64,000 bases of DNA from Hypanus sabinus (lineage: Eukaryota). The notes under the pieces were generated by a model that was given only the letters and a program-made list of their open reading frames with translations, was not told the origin of the DNA and did no database searches. Position numbers and translations under genes: made by a program. Below, piece by piece: positions 1-11,900 of the stretch; positions within the stretch are counted from its first letter, which is position 1; each line of letters starts with the position of its first letter. The DNA lies in the NCBI RefSeq assembly GCF_030144855.1, contig NC_082719.1, positions 33,976,001 through 34,040,000 on the forward strand, in the 5' to 3' direction.

Positions 1-369
1 TACCAACTACATTTTCTCCTATTACTTCAGAGAACATCACCACTGAACATACTATAATCTGTATTCTACCATTTCGGGTTTTAATCTGGTAAATTTCTAC
101 AGTTCAGCTTTATCACCCTTCTACACGCTTTGCAAAAAAAGCCATTGCATTGAAAAATCAGTTGATACAGAAGTAAATCTAGATTATGAGTATTCAGTAT
201 CGTTGTGTACAGAACCTTGAATCCAAAGCTATTCGAGTTGCTTTTCAAGTTAAAGCCTCCAGAGGCAGTTTATTTTGAGTCTCATTTCAAATAATAGCAG
301 CAGGACTATAATAATAGCAGATTTTCTCAATGATTCATTCATTAGGCAATCTAAGAATAATGTGCAGCC

Positions 370-660
370 AGACAGCACTGTGGCACAGCGACTGCCTCAC
401 GACTCCAGTAACCCTGGTTCATTCGAACTTCTGGTGCAATATGGTGTTCTCACTCTTTTCCTGACAACATTGTTGTGGTTTAGGTGCTCTGATGTTTCCT
501 GCTCCTCATCCACCCTCACTTCTCCCTCCCCACTCTCAATTCAAGAACACAAGGGACTGAGGTTCCTTGCCTAAAACGAGGCCAATTTATAGTGGCCAAA
601 GGGCACAATCTGGAAAGGAGGTGATGGAAATGTGGGAAGAATAAGAGTTCAGCATAAAGT
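370..660 (+). mobile_element. Old tRNA-derived SINE remnant in intron 2 (copies at ~13185 and ~26050)
   Basis: gcactgtggcacag...actgcctcac...ctccag...cctggttc head with decayed A/B boxes. Confidence 0.45.
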
Positions 661-715
661 TGTTGGGTAGTGAGTACTGAAGACTGAAAGGTCCACCTGC
701 ATTCATATTACTTAC

Positions 716-1742
716 CACAGGCAGCGTAATCTGATGTTCTGCAAGCCTCATTTTCCATGCATTTGTGAGAGAAGTAAAAGACTGTAATATAGAACATTTA
801 CAAAGTTACTATACATCGCCAACCAACATTAACACATCTGCACTTATTAAACAAAACTCGAGTCAGTTTAATTATATTTGGCCCAATGATAGAAACTCAA
901 AGTGAGATATTCATCATGTTTCATTTACACTCATTTCGACAGAGTTCGTTTCCTAGATAAGATGCTCCTGCATCTATCTATCCCTTCACCAGAAGGTGGC
1001 TGGTTATATTACAGGAGACATTTGGCTAGATCATATCACTAAATTAGTCCAATTCAATGCTCACTCTATTGAACTGAAAGCAAGCGCAAACCTTCCATTC
1101 AGCTGAGTAGCATGTCAAGCGCGCAGTTTTCGAGAGACCCAACACCCGCAAATTTGCATCAAGATCCCAAAGTTACATCAAAAGCACAAGAACAAAGAGC
1201 CGCAAATCAAAATTGACATATACTTCAATAGTCTTTAGGAAGCGTTAGCATGGAAAGAATCTAACACGTCGAGAGGGATGCAGCCCCCTTATCAGAACTA
1301 TTACGAAAGGCATAGTTTGAAAGAAGTTTAGCACAAACACGGGATTCTACAGAAGCTGCCAATCTTGAGCAACACACAAAATGCCACAGCAACTCAGCAA
1401 GTAAGGCACGTTTGACTGGCTGAGTTCCTCCAGAATTCTGTGCGTGTTTGAAAGAAGCTTAACGTTTCATTTACAGACACAAACCGCCTATGGAATAATC
1501 AACTTCCTGAGAATTAAAACAATCACTGTCAGGCAAGAGAGATTAATTTAGAAATTCAAATCAAACTAGTTGCCGACAATTAAAATGCAAAACCTCTCAC
1601 CTAATATAAAAGCAGTCAGTGCTGCAGCTATTAAGACAAACAGCGTGGTTGTTGTTATTGCTAGTATCTTTAAAAGTCTGTCCGTCGGTATCCGAGTCTT
1701 CACTTCTTCGGTCTTGGCCGATTCTACATTCACGTTGCTCAT
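716..1742 (-). CDS. Same protease gene, copy A, exons 1 (1742-1601) and 2 (781-716); the remainder lies left of the window
   Basis: Exons match copies B and C. Donors GTGAGA and GTAAGT, acceptor tattacag. Confidence 0.88.
1331..1445. mobile_element. Penelope-derived fold-back mini-element in intron 1 (all three units)
   Basis: Two inverted pseudo-LTR pieces flanked by a 16-bp TSD, gtttgaaagaag(t/c)tta (1315-1330 / 1446-1461). Confidence 0.7.
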
Positions 1743-1789
1743 TTTGACCACTGGAGCGCAGGTCCTCTGCTTACTCTCGGATAGCAACC

Positions 1790-2440
1790 ACCTGGGAGGA
1801 ATGAAGACGACGCGCCAACCGGCCGCAACTTATCCAGATGGGCGCGTGACGTCATCTGCCCCCAGGTAGGAGCCGATGCGTAATTTTCCGTGTCCCGATG
1901 CGGCCATCTGCCGTTAACCGACTTTCATTGGCGAGCTCGCGAAACAAGTACAAGCAGGTCCGACAAGTGGGATGAATTTGTTGGTACGTGCGGGAAGTTG
2001 ACGAGCGCGCTGTTTCGTTAATGAGTTAAACGGCCTGACCAAAGTGTAAAAAAAGGGCTTCTTTCCCCCCGCTCTTTCAGCTGTCTGAACTCCAGGAGGA
2101 AATAGAATCCTTTCTTTTGCATTTGTTAATGATTGTGGGAGGTTGAAAACTGGAGGAACGATGATGAGTTGAGGAAGAACTTCTGAGTGGGTGGGGTAGG
2201 TGACAGAGATGGAATTTGCAGCCCTGCTTCGGTCCGGGTCGACCGTGCATATCGTTGGGTGTGGTACGATATGGAGAGCAATTTATTGCCCTTCCCCTCT
2301 CCACGCAGCTGATGAATCCAACGGAACTGCAGGGACCGATACGGCGCAGGAGTTCGGGTATATCGCAATACTCACGTGCTGAACCCCGCAGTCTGCATGA
2401 AGACATCAGTCACAGTTCGACTTCCCTCGAACGAACTGGC
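1790..2440 (-). promoter_or_regulatory. CpG-rich, TATA-less promoter of copy A with a palindromic CRE (TGACGTCA 1847-1854), a MYB-type site (ccgtta ~1911-1916) and a CCAAT box (attgg 1927-1931)
   Basis: Clear local CpG enrichment in a CpG-depleted background. The motifs lie 105-190 bp upstream of the ATG. Confidence 0.7.
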
Positions 2441-2939
2441 TAACACAGGACTATTGGTACTTACTCCTTGGAGCCATTCATTTGGACAAAAACTTGCACA
2501 ATGGCGTCTCTCCTTCAAATGGCATTGGGCGATTATCTTCCCTTCTGCCCCACTTCACAGCTCCTGCTAAAAGACACAAACCAGATTACTGTCCTTCAGA
2601 AATCTCATCCCACACAGCTCTCTACTGGGCAGAAAGTTACCACACGTACCCAGACAGATCTGATTGGTTGGCACAACGTTCTTAAGTTGGGCAACATGGC
2701 TTCTTGTCTTTAGTGGAAGCCAAAACATTCATTCTAACAGGACACAGAAAACTGCTAAAATAAAAATTCCTCACAGCAAAGTAGTAGAAATTGCACGGCA
2801 AATGAAATTAGTTTAAAAGGTAATTATTATTACAGGAAACACAACAAAGGCCAGAAACTGTAATGTGACTGTGACCAAGTAATCTGTTTAGCGAGGTTGG
2901 ATCTTTGACTGTTAGACTCTCCTCCCTCCCTTTCATCCT

Positions 2940-4372
2940 GAACTCAGTGCCCACCAGGGCTGTGTGCTCTGCTCGCACATGATTGCACTGTCAAGCACCT
3001 AAGTAATCACATTGTAAAGTTCACTGATGAGGAAAAAAGTCAGGTTTAATATCACTGGCATGCCTCATGAAATGACAGGACACCAACAATGATGAGATGG
3101 CCTACTCATCAATATGCATTATGAAGGACCCCACACACCCCTCATACAAACTCCTCTCCCTCCTGCCATCTGGGAAAAGGCACCGGAGCATTTGGGCTCT
3201 CACGACCAGACTATGTAACAGTTTCTTCCCCCAAGCTATCAGATTCCTCAATACCCGAAGCCTGGTCTGGCACCAACTTAGTGCCCTCTACTGTGCCTAT
3301 TGTCTTGTTTATAAATTATTGTAATGCCTGCACTGTTTTGTGCTCTTTATGCAGTCCTGGGTAAGTCTGAGTCTAGTGCAGTTTTTTGTTCTGTGTTTTT
3401 TTACATAGTTCAGTCTAGTTTTTGTACTGTTTCATGTGGCACCATGGTCCTGAAAAACGTTGTCTTGTTTTTACGGAGTACTGTGTCAGCAGTTATGGTC
3501 AAAATGACAATAAAAAGTGTCTTGACTTGACTTGAAAAGAGGTAGAGGAGTCCGAGGCTAAGTGCCACACAGATAACCTCTTCGTCAACGTTAGCATTGA
3601 CCAAGGAGATGGTTTTCGCCTTCGTGAGAACTCACAAAACTCACATCCCTCTTTACATCGGTGGCACAGCAGTGGAAACTGTAAGCTGTTTCAAGCTCTT
3701 GGGAGTGCACATCACACACAACCTCTCATGGTCCCAGAACACATCCCACACTATCAAGAAAGCTCGTCAATGCCTCTGTTTTCTGAGGAGGCTGGACTGA
3801 GCTACTGCACATCAATACTCACAATCTTCTACAGAGTATCCTAACTGGATGCTTCACTGCGTGGTGGCAGATAGGAAGGCTCTACAACAGGTGGTTAAAC
3901 CTGCCCATCGCGTCACCAGCGCAAGCCTACCCACCATCAAAGACATAGAGAACAGAAAGGTGTGGGAAACAATCCACCGATATCATGAATGATCCCACGC
4001 ACTCTACTCATGGACTCCCATCAGGGAAAGGCTACGTAGCATTCACACCAGGACCACTAGACTCAAAAACATTTGCTTTCCCCAAGCAGTAAAGGTGATC
4101 AACACCTCCACCCACTAAACCTCATTCCACACGCCCCACCATTTCCTATTAGAATCATCGTATATCCAGGCACTCCTGCCCCAACTGTCACTTTATGTGC
4201 ATACTATCTGTTTTTTATGAGTTATTTTGTGTATTTACATTTATTGTGGTTTTACAGTGTTCTTTAACTTAGTGTGTGTTTTTTTTCTGTGCTGCATTAG
4301 ATCTGGAGTAATGATTATTTTGTTTTCCTTTACACTAGTGTACTGGAAATGACGCTAAACATCTTGAAGCTT
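2940..4372 (+). mobile_element. Nested, decayed Rex1/Babar-like LINE fragments (all three units)
   Basis: KDPTHP...LLPSGKR-x-RS...TTRLCNSFFPQAIR and FKLLGVHITHNLSWSQNT...KKARQ-x-L-x-FLRRL, with a gacttgacttga tail. Confidence 0.75.
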
Positions 4373-4417
4373 GATGAGTCAGAATAAAGAACAAACAGGC
4401 TGTTCCTTTCTTTATTT

Positions 4418-5279
4418 TATTCAGTAATAATTAGCTAATACCTCTTCCAGAAGGCAGCACCCCTGGAGCATTTTATAGAAATGTTGACTGACTTTTTATT
4501 TTTCAGTCTCTTGTCAGGGCTTCGGACTTAATTGTGACTGAGGTCATGACTCACGGTTGGGATTTGATCTAGAGAACAATGTTAAGGAACAGGCAAAATG
4601 GCTTGAATGGTATGTTGGAAATAAGTGTAAGTAGGACATTTATCACCTAAGGCAAAATAGTCTTTGATTTATTTTCCAGGATGTATTGTTAAAGTTGACA
4701 CACAAGACTGGAATCTGGAACGAAAAAAATAACTGCAAGAAGAACTCAACAGTTCATCTGTAAAGATAAAGATAGTTGATACGTAAGGTTGAGATATTGC
4801 ATCAAGCAGAACCTTCTACCTGCAGGATTTTATTTTGTATTTAAGTTATGCAGATGTTTTTACTAATTTCAGCTTTGTTTGCTCATTCCAAATTGCCACA
4901 GAGGTGGCAATAACGAGTAGGAAGATTTACCAAGGAGAAATGGCAACGTACTCAGAAATCCGAATGTTGTACAGTTTGAACTTGAAGTTGCAGATAATGG
5001 AGTTGTAATAGGGATGTATTCTTGTCCTTCTAAGAGGTAGAGGGTCGGGGTTTGGGAGATACTGTTTATGAACCCTGTTCATTCTGTTTATGAACTCATT
5101 TTGCCTGTTCCTTAACATTGTTCCCTAGATCAAGTCCTAACCGTGAGTCATGACCTCAGCCACAATTCAGTCCGAAGCCCTGTCAAGAGACTGAAAAATA
5201 AAAAAGTCGGTCAACATTTCTGTGAAATGTTCCGGGGTGCTGCCTTCTGGAAGAGGTATTAGCTAATTATTACTGAATA
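4418..5279. repeat. 183-bp inverted repeat (arms 4418-4600 and 5097-5279); also at 17266-18134 and 30103-30971
   Basis: tattcagtaataattagctaatacctcttccagaaggcagcacc...ggaacaggcaaaatg is reverse-complemented about 500 bp downstream, ~93% identical by eye. Confidence 0.95.
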
Positions 5280-5952
5280 TACAGTATAAACAAGGTTCTG
5301 TTAACCCTGTTTATGAAGTTAATGGATTGTAGTTTGTCGATGGCAAACTCAGCCATAATGCATGATGGTAGAGAGTCTGAATGTTTATCCTGGTAACTGG
5401 GGTGTCCATCAACTGTCAGTTTTTAACCTACCCCTGACCTGAACTATTCATGTTTCCAACACCATATCAGGGTTAAGTTTCTAGTTAATCATTATTTCAC
5501 TTCTAATGGCATTTCTAGACTGTATGCGCATGTGGACAAGATATGCTAAAGCTTAGAATTAGGTTTGTTAACCCAGCTGGTCCATTTTGTGGATTACTTT
5601 CCACAAGAAGATTTGATGTTTCTGAGTCACTGAGTACCAAAGTGAATGACAACTTTGGTGAAGTTCCTTCATGGAAAGGGAGAGTTAATGATATATGGCC
5701 CGATATCAATGGAGTATTGATTTGGGAGCACGGTCATTGGTGAGTATAGATTATTGATTAATGCAGTTACTGCTGGGCTGGCTAGAACAGTTGGAGCTGT
5801 ACGTGGACAGCTATGTGATTTCCACATCCTGAACATTATGGTAGATAGTAGGTTTAGTGTGCTGGTCACTCCACAAATACAGAAAGAGTGGAGATGGATG
5901 ACCACTCGGAAGAACAGTCAGGCCCTGCATATTGTACAGAAATCCCTCAGAC

Positions 5953-6132
5953 CATAAGACATAGGAGCAGTATGAAGCCATTCAGCCTATTGAGTCTACT
6001 CCATTATTCAATCACGGCTGGTTTATTATCCCTCTCAACCCCATTCTCCTCCCTTCTCCCCATAATCTTGGATATCCTTGCTAATCAAGAAACCATCACC
6101 CTCCTCTTTAAGTATACCCAACAACTTGGTCT
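5953..6132 (-). mobile_element. CR1 3' end truncated at the junction LTR (also 18823-19002)
   Basis: The same element continues uninterrupted in unit C at 31648-~32190. Confidence 0.8.
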
Positions 6133-6733
6133 TGTTATGTCCGCAGCCCCCTCATTTATGAGAATTGCAAGAGCCCTAGTGGGGGGGGGGGGGGGGTCAG
6201 TAGACCCAGGAAATGGGAGAGAGACGCACCAGAAGAAACGCTAATGATCCCGTAGCAGGGGAAGCCATTTGAAGGAAGCCACGTGCGTTCGGTTCCCCTT
6301 GCTTGGGAGCCGGTGGCAGGTACCACAGAACCGATATTCGTGAACTAACAACGGGGAACCAACTTTCCCGATTCAACGGATTTGCTTCATAAAAGGCCCG
6401 GGCAAGTTTCTTTTCTCACAAATCTCTCTTTCTCCAACAAGTGAAAACCCAGTGGTCCCCAAAGGCTGAAGCCTGCAGGAACTGAGTGACTTTTATATTT
6501 CCATCGGACAATATATTATCCCCTAGACAAACGATCGAGCTGTTTCTTATTGATGGTTATTATTAGACCTGCGCTTTTAGATTGAGTAGTGACGACATAT
6601 ATTATCTGAATGTTTGTATTAATCTTATTTTTGTGCCCCTTTATAAATAAAGACTTTTAAAATTAGTACCATCAGACTTCAACGGACCTCTCTATCTTTG
6701 CTGGTAAGTGACCTAGTTACTGGGTACGTAACA
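6133..6733 (+). mobile_element. Solo LTR at the A/B duplication junction
   Basis: TGTTA...TAACA termini, internal CATAAAA and AATAAA (~6646). Flanks gtct / actt show no TSD. No PBS or internal region follows. Confidence 0.8.
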
Positions 6734-6944
6734 ACTTGGGAGAACGTACAAGTTTCTTACAGACCACAGCAGGAATCAAACCCTGATCGGTGATAGATAA
6801 CATTGTAAGGTGATTGCACTAACTGCTATGCTTCCAAGACGCCCCTTTACAAACATCTCTGGCACTTCAAATGTCAGTGAAATTACAAATTAAATTACGA
6901 TGCTTAAGCATAGTTTATAATAAGTATTAAAAACAATTCCAACA

Positions 6945-7580
6945 GAGAACATAGAACAATACAACATAGGAACAAGCGCTTTGTCCCCAAATGTTGTGCT
7001 GAGTCAATTAAATTGGTAATCAAATGGCCAATTAAACTAATCCCTTCTGCCTCCTCAATATCCACATCCTCCAATTCTCCTCACTTTCATGTGCCTATCT
7101 AAATGTTTCTAACATATCTGCCTCTACCAACACACCATGCAGCACATTCCAGGCACCCACCAATCTCTGTAAAAACTTGCCCCTCACATCTCCTTTGAAA
7201 TTATCCCTTCTCATCTTAAATGCATGCCCTCTGACATTAGGTATTTCCTGGTTTTAAAAAAAGATAATGCCTGTCTATTCTAACTATGCCCCTCATAATC
7301 TTTTAAACCTCTATCAGATCTCTTCTCAGCCTCTGCTATTGCAGAGAAAACAGACCAAGTCTGTCCAAACTCTCAGGAAAGCACATGCCCTCTAATCCAG
7401 GTAAACCTCATCTGCACCTTCTCCAAAGCCTCAACATCCTTCCTTTGGTGGGGTGAGTTGTTTGCAAAACTCCAGAAGCAGCCTAACTAGAGTTTTATAA
7501 AGCTACAACATAACTTGCTGGCGTTTGAATTCAACGCCTTGACTAATAAAGGCAAGCATGCCAATATGCACCCTGTCAAC
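6945..7580 (-). mobile_element. CR1 LINE 3' fragment (copy at ~19815-20450)
   Basis: Antisense GMLAFISQGVEFK...VML and CR1 3' UTR/tail. Confidence 0.75.
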
Positions 7581-8525
7581 CCATGAGTAGACGTGGAACC
7601 TCTTATAAGAGCACAAAGTGCCCTTCCTCCATGTCACACCCTCTAGCAAGATCCTATTTGATCCAGTTGTGACCTTAGCACCCCTCGTCTCCATCTTATC
7701 CAAATGACTCTAATTTGCGCACATTTAATCACTTTGCCTTCACTGGTCTGGAAGTCCTCTGAAATGGGCACCTCCTTTTGCCTCACTGACGGACCCTTGT
7801 TCTACAAAGCCCCATTGGTGGAAAGGCATCCAGTTAGCATTGGCCACACTCAAATTCTTGTATCTTTCAATAAGGTGTATTCTTTGGTGCTTGGGATAAG
7901 CACAATTTGTTCAACCGCACTACATACATTAACCCTTTAATTTTAGGAATTAACCTATTGCCACTTGTCTGCTCTCAAGAGAAAGTGTTTGAGGTTATTT
8001 TGCCTAAGGGCTTCACCAAATCTCCCCCACCCTACCACAGGATATTTCAAAACATTCTGGTCCTCTGTAACACATGGGACCCTCCTGTGCACTAATTAAA
8101 TGCTTTATGTCCTGTAGTACAGTTATCATAATTCATTGGCTTCGCTATAAATGCAAGTTATTTTCACTCTGGTTTGAGGATTGGAACTGTGCAGATTTGA
8201 TGAATTAGTCTTCCCTATCAATGGTATTTTCTTCTGTTGACAAAAATGGAATACTGCATAGTGGAACATAGGGATATAATTTGGGAAGGAGCACATTGTA
8301 AAATTAAGTGATTATGGAATTAGGTCAGGAAATTGGTATTACAGTAAAAGATCAGCTGTGACCTTATGATTATCAGGACAATGCAAATGGTAAAGGACTG
8401 CTGTTTTCCCCCAATGGGCAAAGACTACGAGTGTACAGTAGTGATGAATTTAAGAAAATGCATCACTGTTCTCCCTTCTGAATTACACAGCTTTAAAGAC
8501 AAACTTTATAATCTTAAATTATATT

Positions 8526-8531
8526 TTTATT
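8526..8531 (-). terminator. Candidate polyadenylation signal AATAAA of copy B
   Basis: tttatt on the + strand ~440 nt past the stop codon, after an AU-rich 3' UTR. Confidence 0.55.
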
Positions 8532-8968
8532 GCAAACAGTTGGACACATCTTACATTACATTAGTGAACAGTACATTTTATAAATTGTTACATTGTAACA
8601 TACAGAATTCCACCACTTGTGATGGTTAAATAGCCATGGTATGGCCAAATAATAAGTTTAACAGAATCTTTTATATTTCTAACGTATACTTTTCCAAGGA
8701 GACCATTTAAGCAATCCATTTAATAAATAGTAATGCTATTAAAAATACAAATGACAACAGCACTATGCTTTAGCTGGTTGATTGCCATAGAGCTGGACAG
8801 TTCAAAATCCAGATGTTCTCCAAATGGGACTTGTTATACTAAGGCTCAAATTGAAAGCTTTTTTCCAAAGCTACAGTATTTCCCACACAGACTTCTATAT
8901 GGGGTGGAAGTATTAAAAACACAACAAATCTAGGCAAATTCCTAGAAAGACTGTCACAAATGAGGCTG

Positions 8969-11900
8969 CTATTGATTTGTATTTTCCATTATCCAATTTC
9001 GAACAGACACTGTCTGCATATATACACCAGGCTGATGAGGTCTTCCACAGCCTCTTCCAAAGGAAACAACTCCTGCCAATAACCATGCCTGAGAACCCTC
9101 ATCTTGGCACAGCAATGGTCCTCCAGAATCTCCCTGGGAAGAAAAGAAAGCAAGGTTGAGGATATGTTACACTTGGAGATCACCATGCAACCCCAACTAT
9201 CCTTACACATCTCAAACCCAAAGTGTTAGTTCCTTTCCATAGATACTTCGGACCGACAAGCCTTTTCTAGTATTTCTATTCATGCAATTCATTATGTTCA
9301 TCTTGGATACCGAGTGCCGTCTTACCAGCAAGTGAAAGGAGAAAATGAATCTCACACTACTCAGCTTTTCTTGAACTACACTCCAAAACTGTGCAACTCA
9401 GTACCTTAAACTACAAGGGATGCAGATTCAGTTGGCAGTGCCAGCTCAAAACCTATTGAACTAACATCTCATCTCTTCACTAAGATCTGTCTTGCATTTT
9501 CATGTTTGCACTTCGAAGTACATTGTATGAAAATTGCTCTATAAATTATTACTACTTCATCTGATACAAGCCTAAGTGGTTATTACACCAGAATTCAGTG
9601 CTTTCCAACTGCCCTGTTGGAAATTGTACCCACTGAGATGCAGAATGCAGCAGTTATTTTGAAAAGGGTTGCACGTGGGATTTTTGAGTTTTTGTATAAT
9701 CACAAGGATAAATTAGCTCTGCTTTAGAAAGCTACAGAAAAACAGCTAAAATGACTGCACTAATCTTAAAAGAACAATTGCTCGTCTCCAATTCTTGGAT
9801 ATACCCAGTGAGTAGTAAATGCACAGAAGGGCATGCACACCTTTCCTTGCTAAAGGATTTAGTGAAGGAGACAGAATGAAAATGTCACATGTCAATTCCA
9901 AAAAGATGAGTGGAAAGCAATCTGTTCAAACTAGCTCCCTACAGTTTGAGCAATGTATTTATAAACAAGCTGCACCATTTCAGTCACTCTACCATCGATT
10001 AAGCCAGCTCCAACATTACAGCCAAGCTATCAGACCCTAATGAAATTGCCACAATTTTAATGATGAGAACTTGATTACTCCACAGTATCCCCATTCATTC
10101 ACCTGCAAAAGCTTGGTCTAATACTGAGTTACCATTTCATGGCAAGTGATTAGATATAATTAACCTGAAGAGCATGGCATCCCACAGAAAAAAACTAATC
10201 AAATAACTCCATACCTGACATGCATCTCTTCCACCTTCAGCCACCCCCGCACAGATCATCTGTTCAGTTATGTTGGGCAGGTAATGCCGACATCGGCTGT
10301 TGCTGAAAACTTCCACTTCAGTCTTCAAAAGACTTCCACTGTCCTCTCCTATTGGCAATGAACAGCACAAAGTTAATATGCAGTCCAAAACAATGGCAAC
10401 ATACGTGAAGTGTCAGTCACCCCTATGCTGCATCACAACACCCTAGATAAATGGCCAAGCATTTTAAACAATCTGCAATTTAAACAATTTTAAAAATCCA
10501 AATGATCTTGCCAGAAAGTTACTTCCCTTAAATATCAGCAATTTTTAAAAAAACTATTCTTTCCAAGCTTGGCTTGTTCTTGTTTTAAACCCAAGACCTA
10601 TACTACCAGAACAGATCATGTAAAAGCTCATCTTAGGTAACCTATGGAAGATGGCTAATTCAACAAGTCTGACCCGTACCATTTTCACTTGTTTTTCCCC
10701 ATCCGACGGTTGTACAATTTCTGCCAGAAATGGATGTTGTGGGTGCAGGTAGACAAGCTGGTTGGACAAAGTCAGTGTATTCAACTGGCTGTGACAGCTG
10801 TAACAGGGCAACGTCATAATTAAAGGACGATGTTGCCTCGGGGTGAACGACCATCTTTGAAATTTTTCGTTTCTGTACACTGCTTGTTGGCTGAGCCAAG
10901 AAATTGATTCCAAGCACTGCAGTCCAGTTCTGTATATCACTAGAATTTAGAGGGAAAGCAAATGTTAGTCTGTGACGATTAAACACAAGGCCTCGCGTAT
11001 CCATCTTTGAATCAATTAAACATTTCCTTAAAATGCAATTAGAATATTTACTAAAGTATTTGCACAAAGTACTTAATTGGCAGAGTGTGGCACTTTATAT
11101 TACACATCTGAAACAGGTTGCCTTCAATATATAATTAAATGTAGCAACAATACAGACATCTCTGCTTCCATGCAATTACAATTTACAGTGCAAGGCAAAA
11201 CAATACTTTACAATAGCTTGCCGTGGGGGAACGTTGCATTTACCTGTCATTGACACAATGTGCAGCTGTTAAAATCCACCTACACGAGATAAGTGTTGCT
11301 CCACAGACGTGTCGGTTGTTCAACTGTATACTGGCTACAAAAGGCCACTCGCCACCATAGGTCTTCAGTCCACCTACAATTCTCTCAGATCGAGTTTTCT
11401 GTTGACCACAACCTGTTCAAAGGAAAAAAAAGTAGATTAATATGCCAAGCCATCAAAGATTTGCCCTCTTGATCTGTTAAAATCACAATTCAAAAGCTTT
11501 GATTCACTTCCTTATCAGGAACTTAACTATTTTCACAAGATGCCAAAACAAAGTACAGTACACGCTAGTTAACTGGGCCATCTGCTAACCAGGGCAGCCG
11601 GTTATTTGGGACAACTCTTAAAGAGCAAAAACAAATCAAGAAAAAAGCTGGGATTCCCCTGTTTATTTGGGACACTATGTTGCTTAATTGGGACAGAAGA
11701 AAATGTGCAAACAGTTTCTAACTAGAATCAGTCATGTGAACTTGTGTGGCTGTTAGACAACACTGTGCTGACAGCAAACAGTTTTTAAAAAACTTTCAGT
11801 TGTATGTGTTTGTGTTCAAAAAGTAGTGACTTTGGTCACTGATAGTTCACAAGAAATAAAGCAGTAAGGCAATCTGAATGCTTGAAACAGCAGTGAGAAA

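Noticed and set aside
275-574. 99-aa plus-strand ORF repeated three times
   Set aside because: TTG start, overlaps a decayed SINE inside intron 2, and recurs only because of the tandem duplication.
1566-1787. 73-aa ORF as a standalone small membrane protein
   Set aside because: It is exon 1 of the protease read through the donor at 1600; the likely start is the ATG at 1742.
2077-2713. Cluster of overlapping 60-109-aa ORFs in the CpG island
   Set aside because: Expected in GC-rich DNA; no recognisable motifs or convincing splice donor.
4892-4911. 8-bp hairpin attgccac-agag-gtggcaat
   Set aside because: Expected by chance in 64 kb and has no ncRNA context.
4418-5279. MITE or foldback transposon interpretation of the inverted repeat
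   Set aside because: No TSD, and the spacer sequence continues past the right arm as one interrupted old repeat.
10037-10102. Cryptic acceptor (ttttgcag) in intron 5 giving a serine-less truncated isoform ending VNEWGYCG...QFH*
   Set aside because: Short pyrimidine tract compared with the exon 6 acceptor, and no supporting evidence without transcripts.
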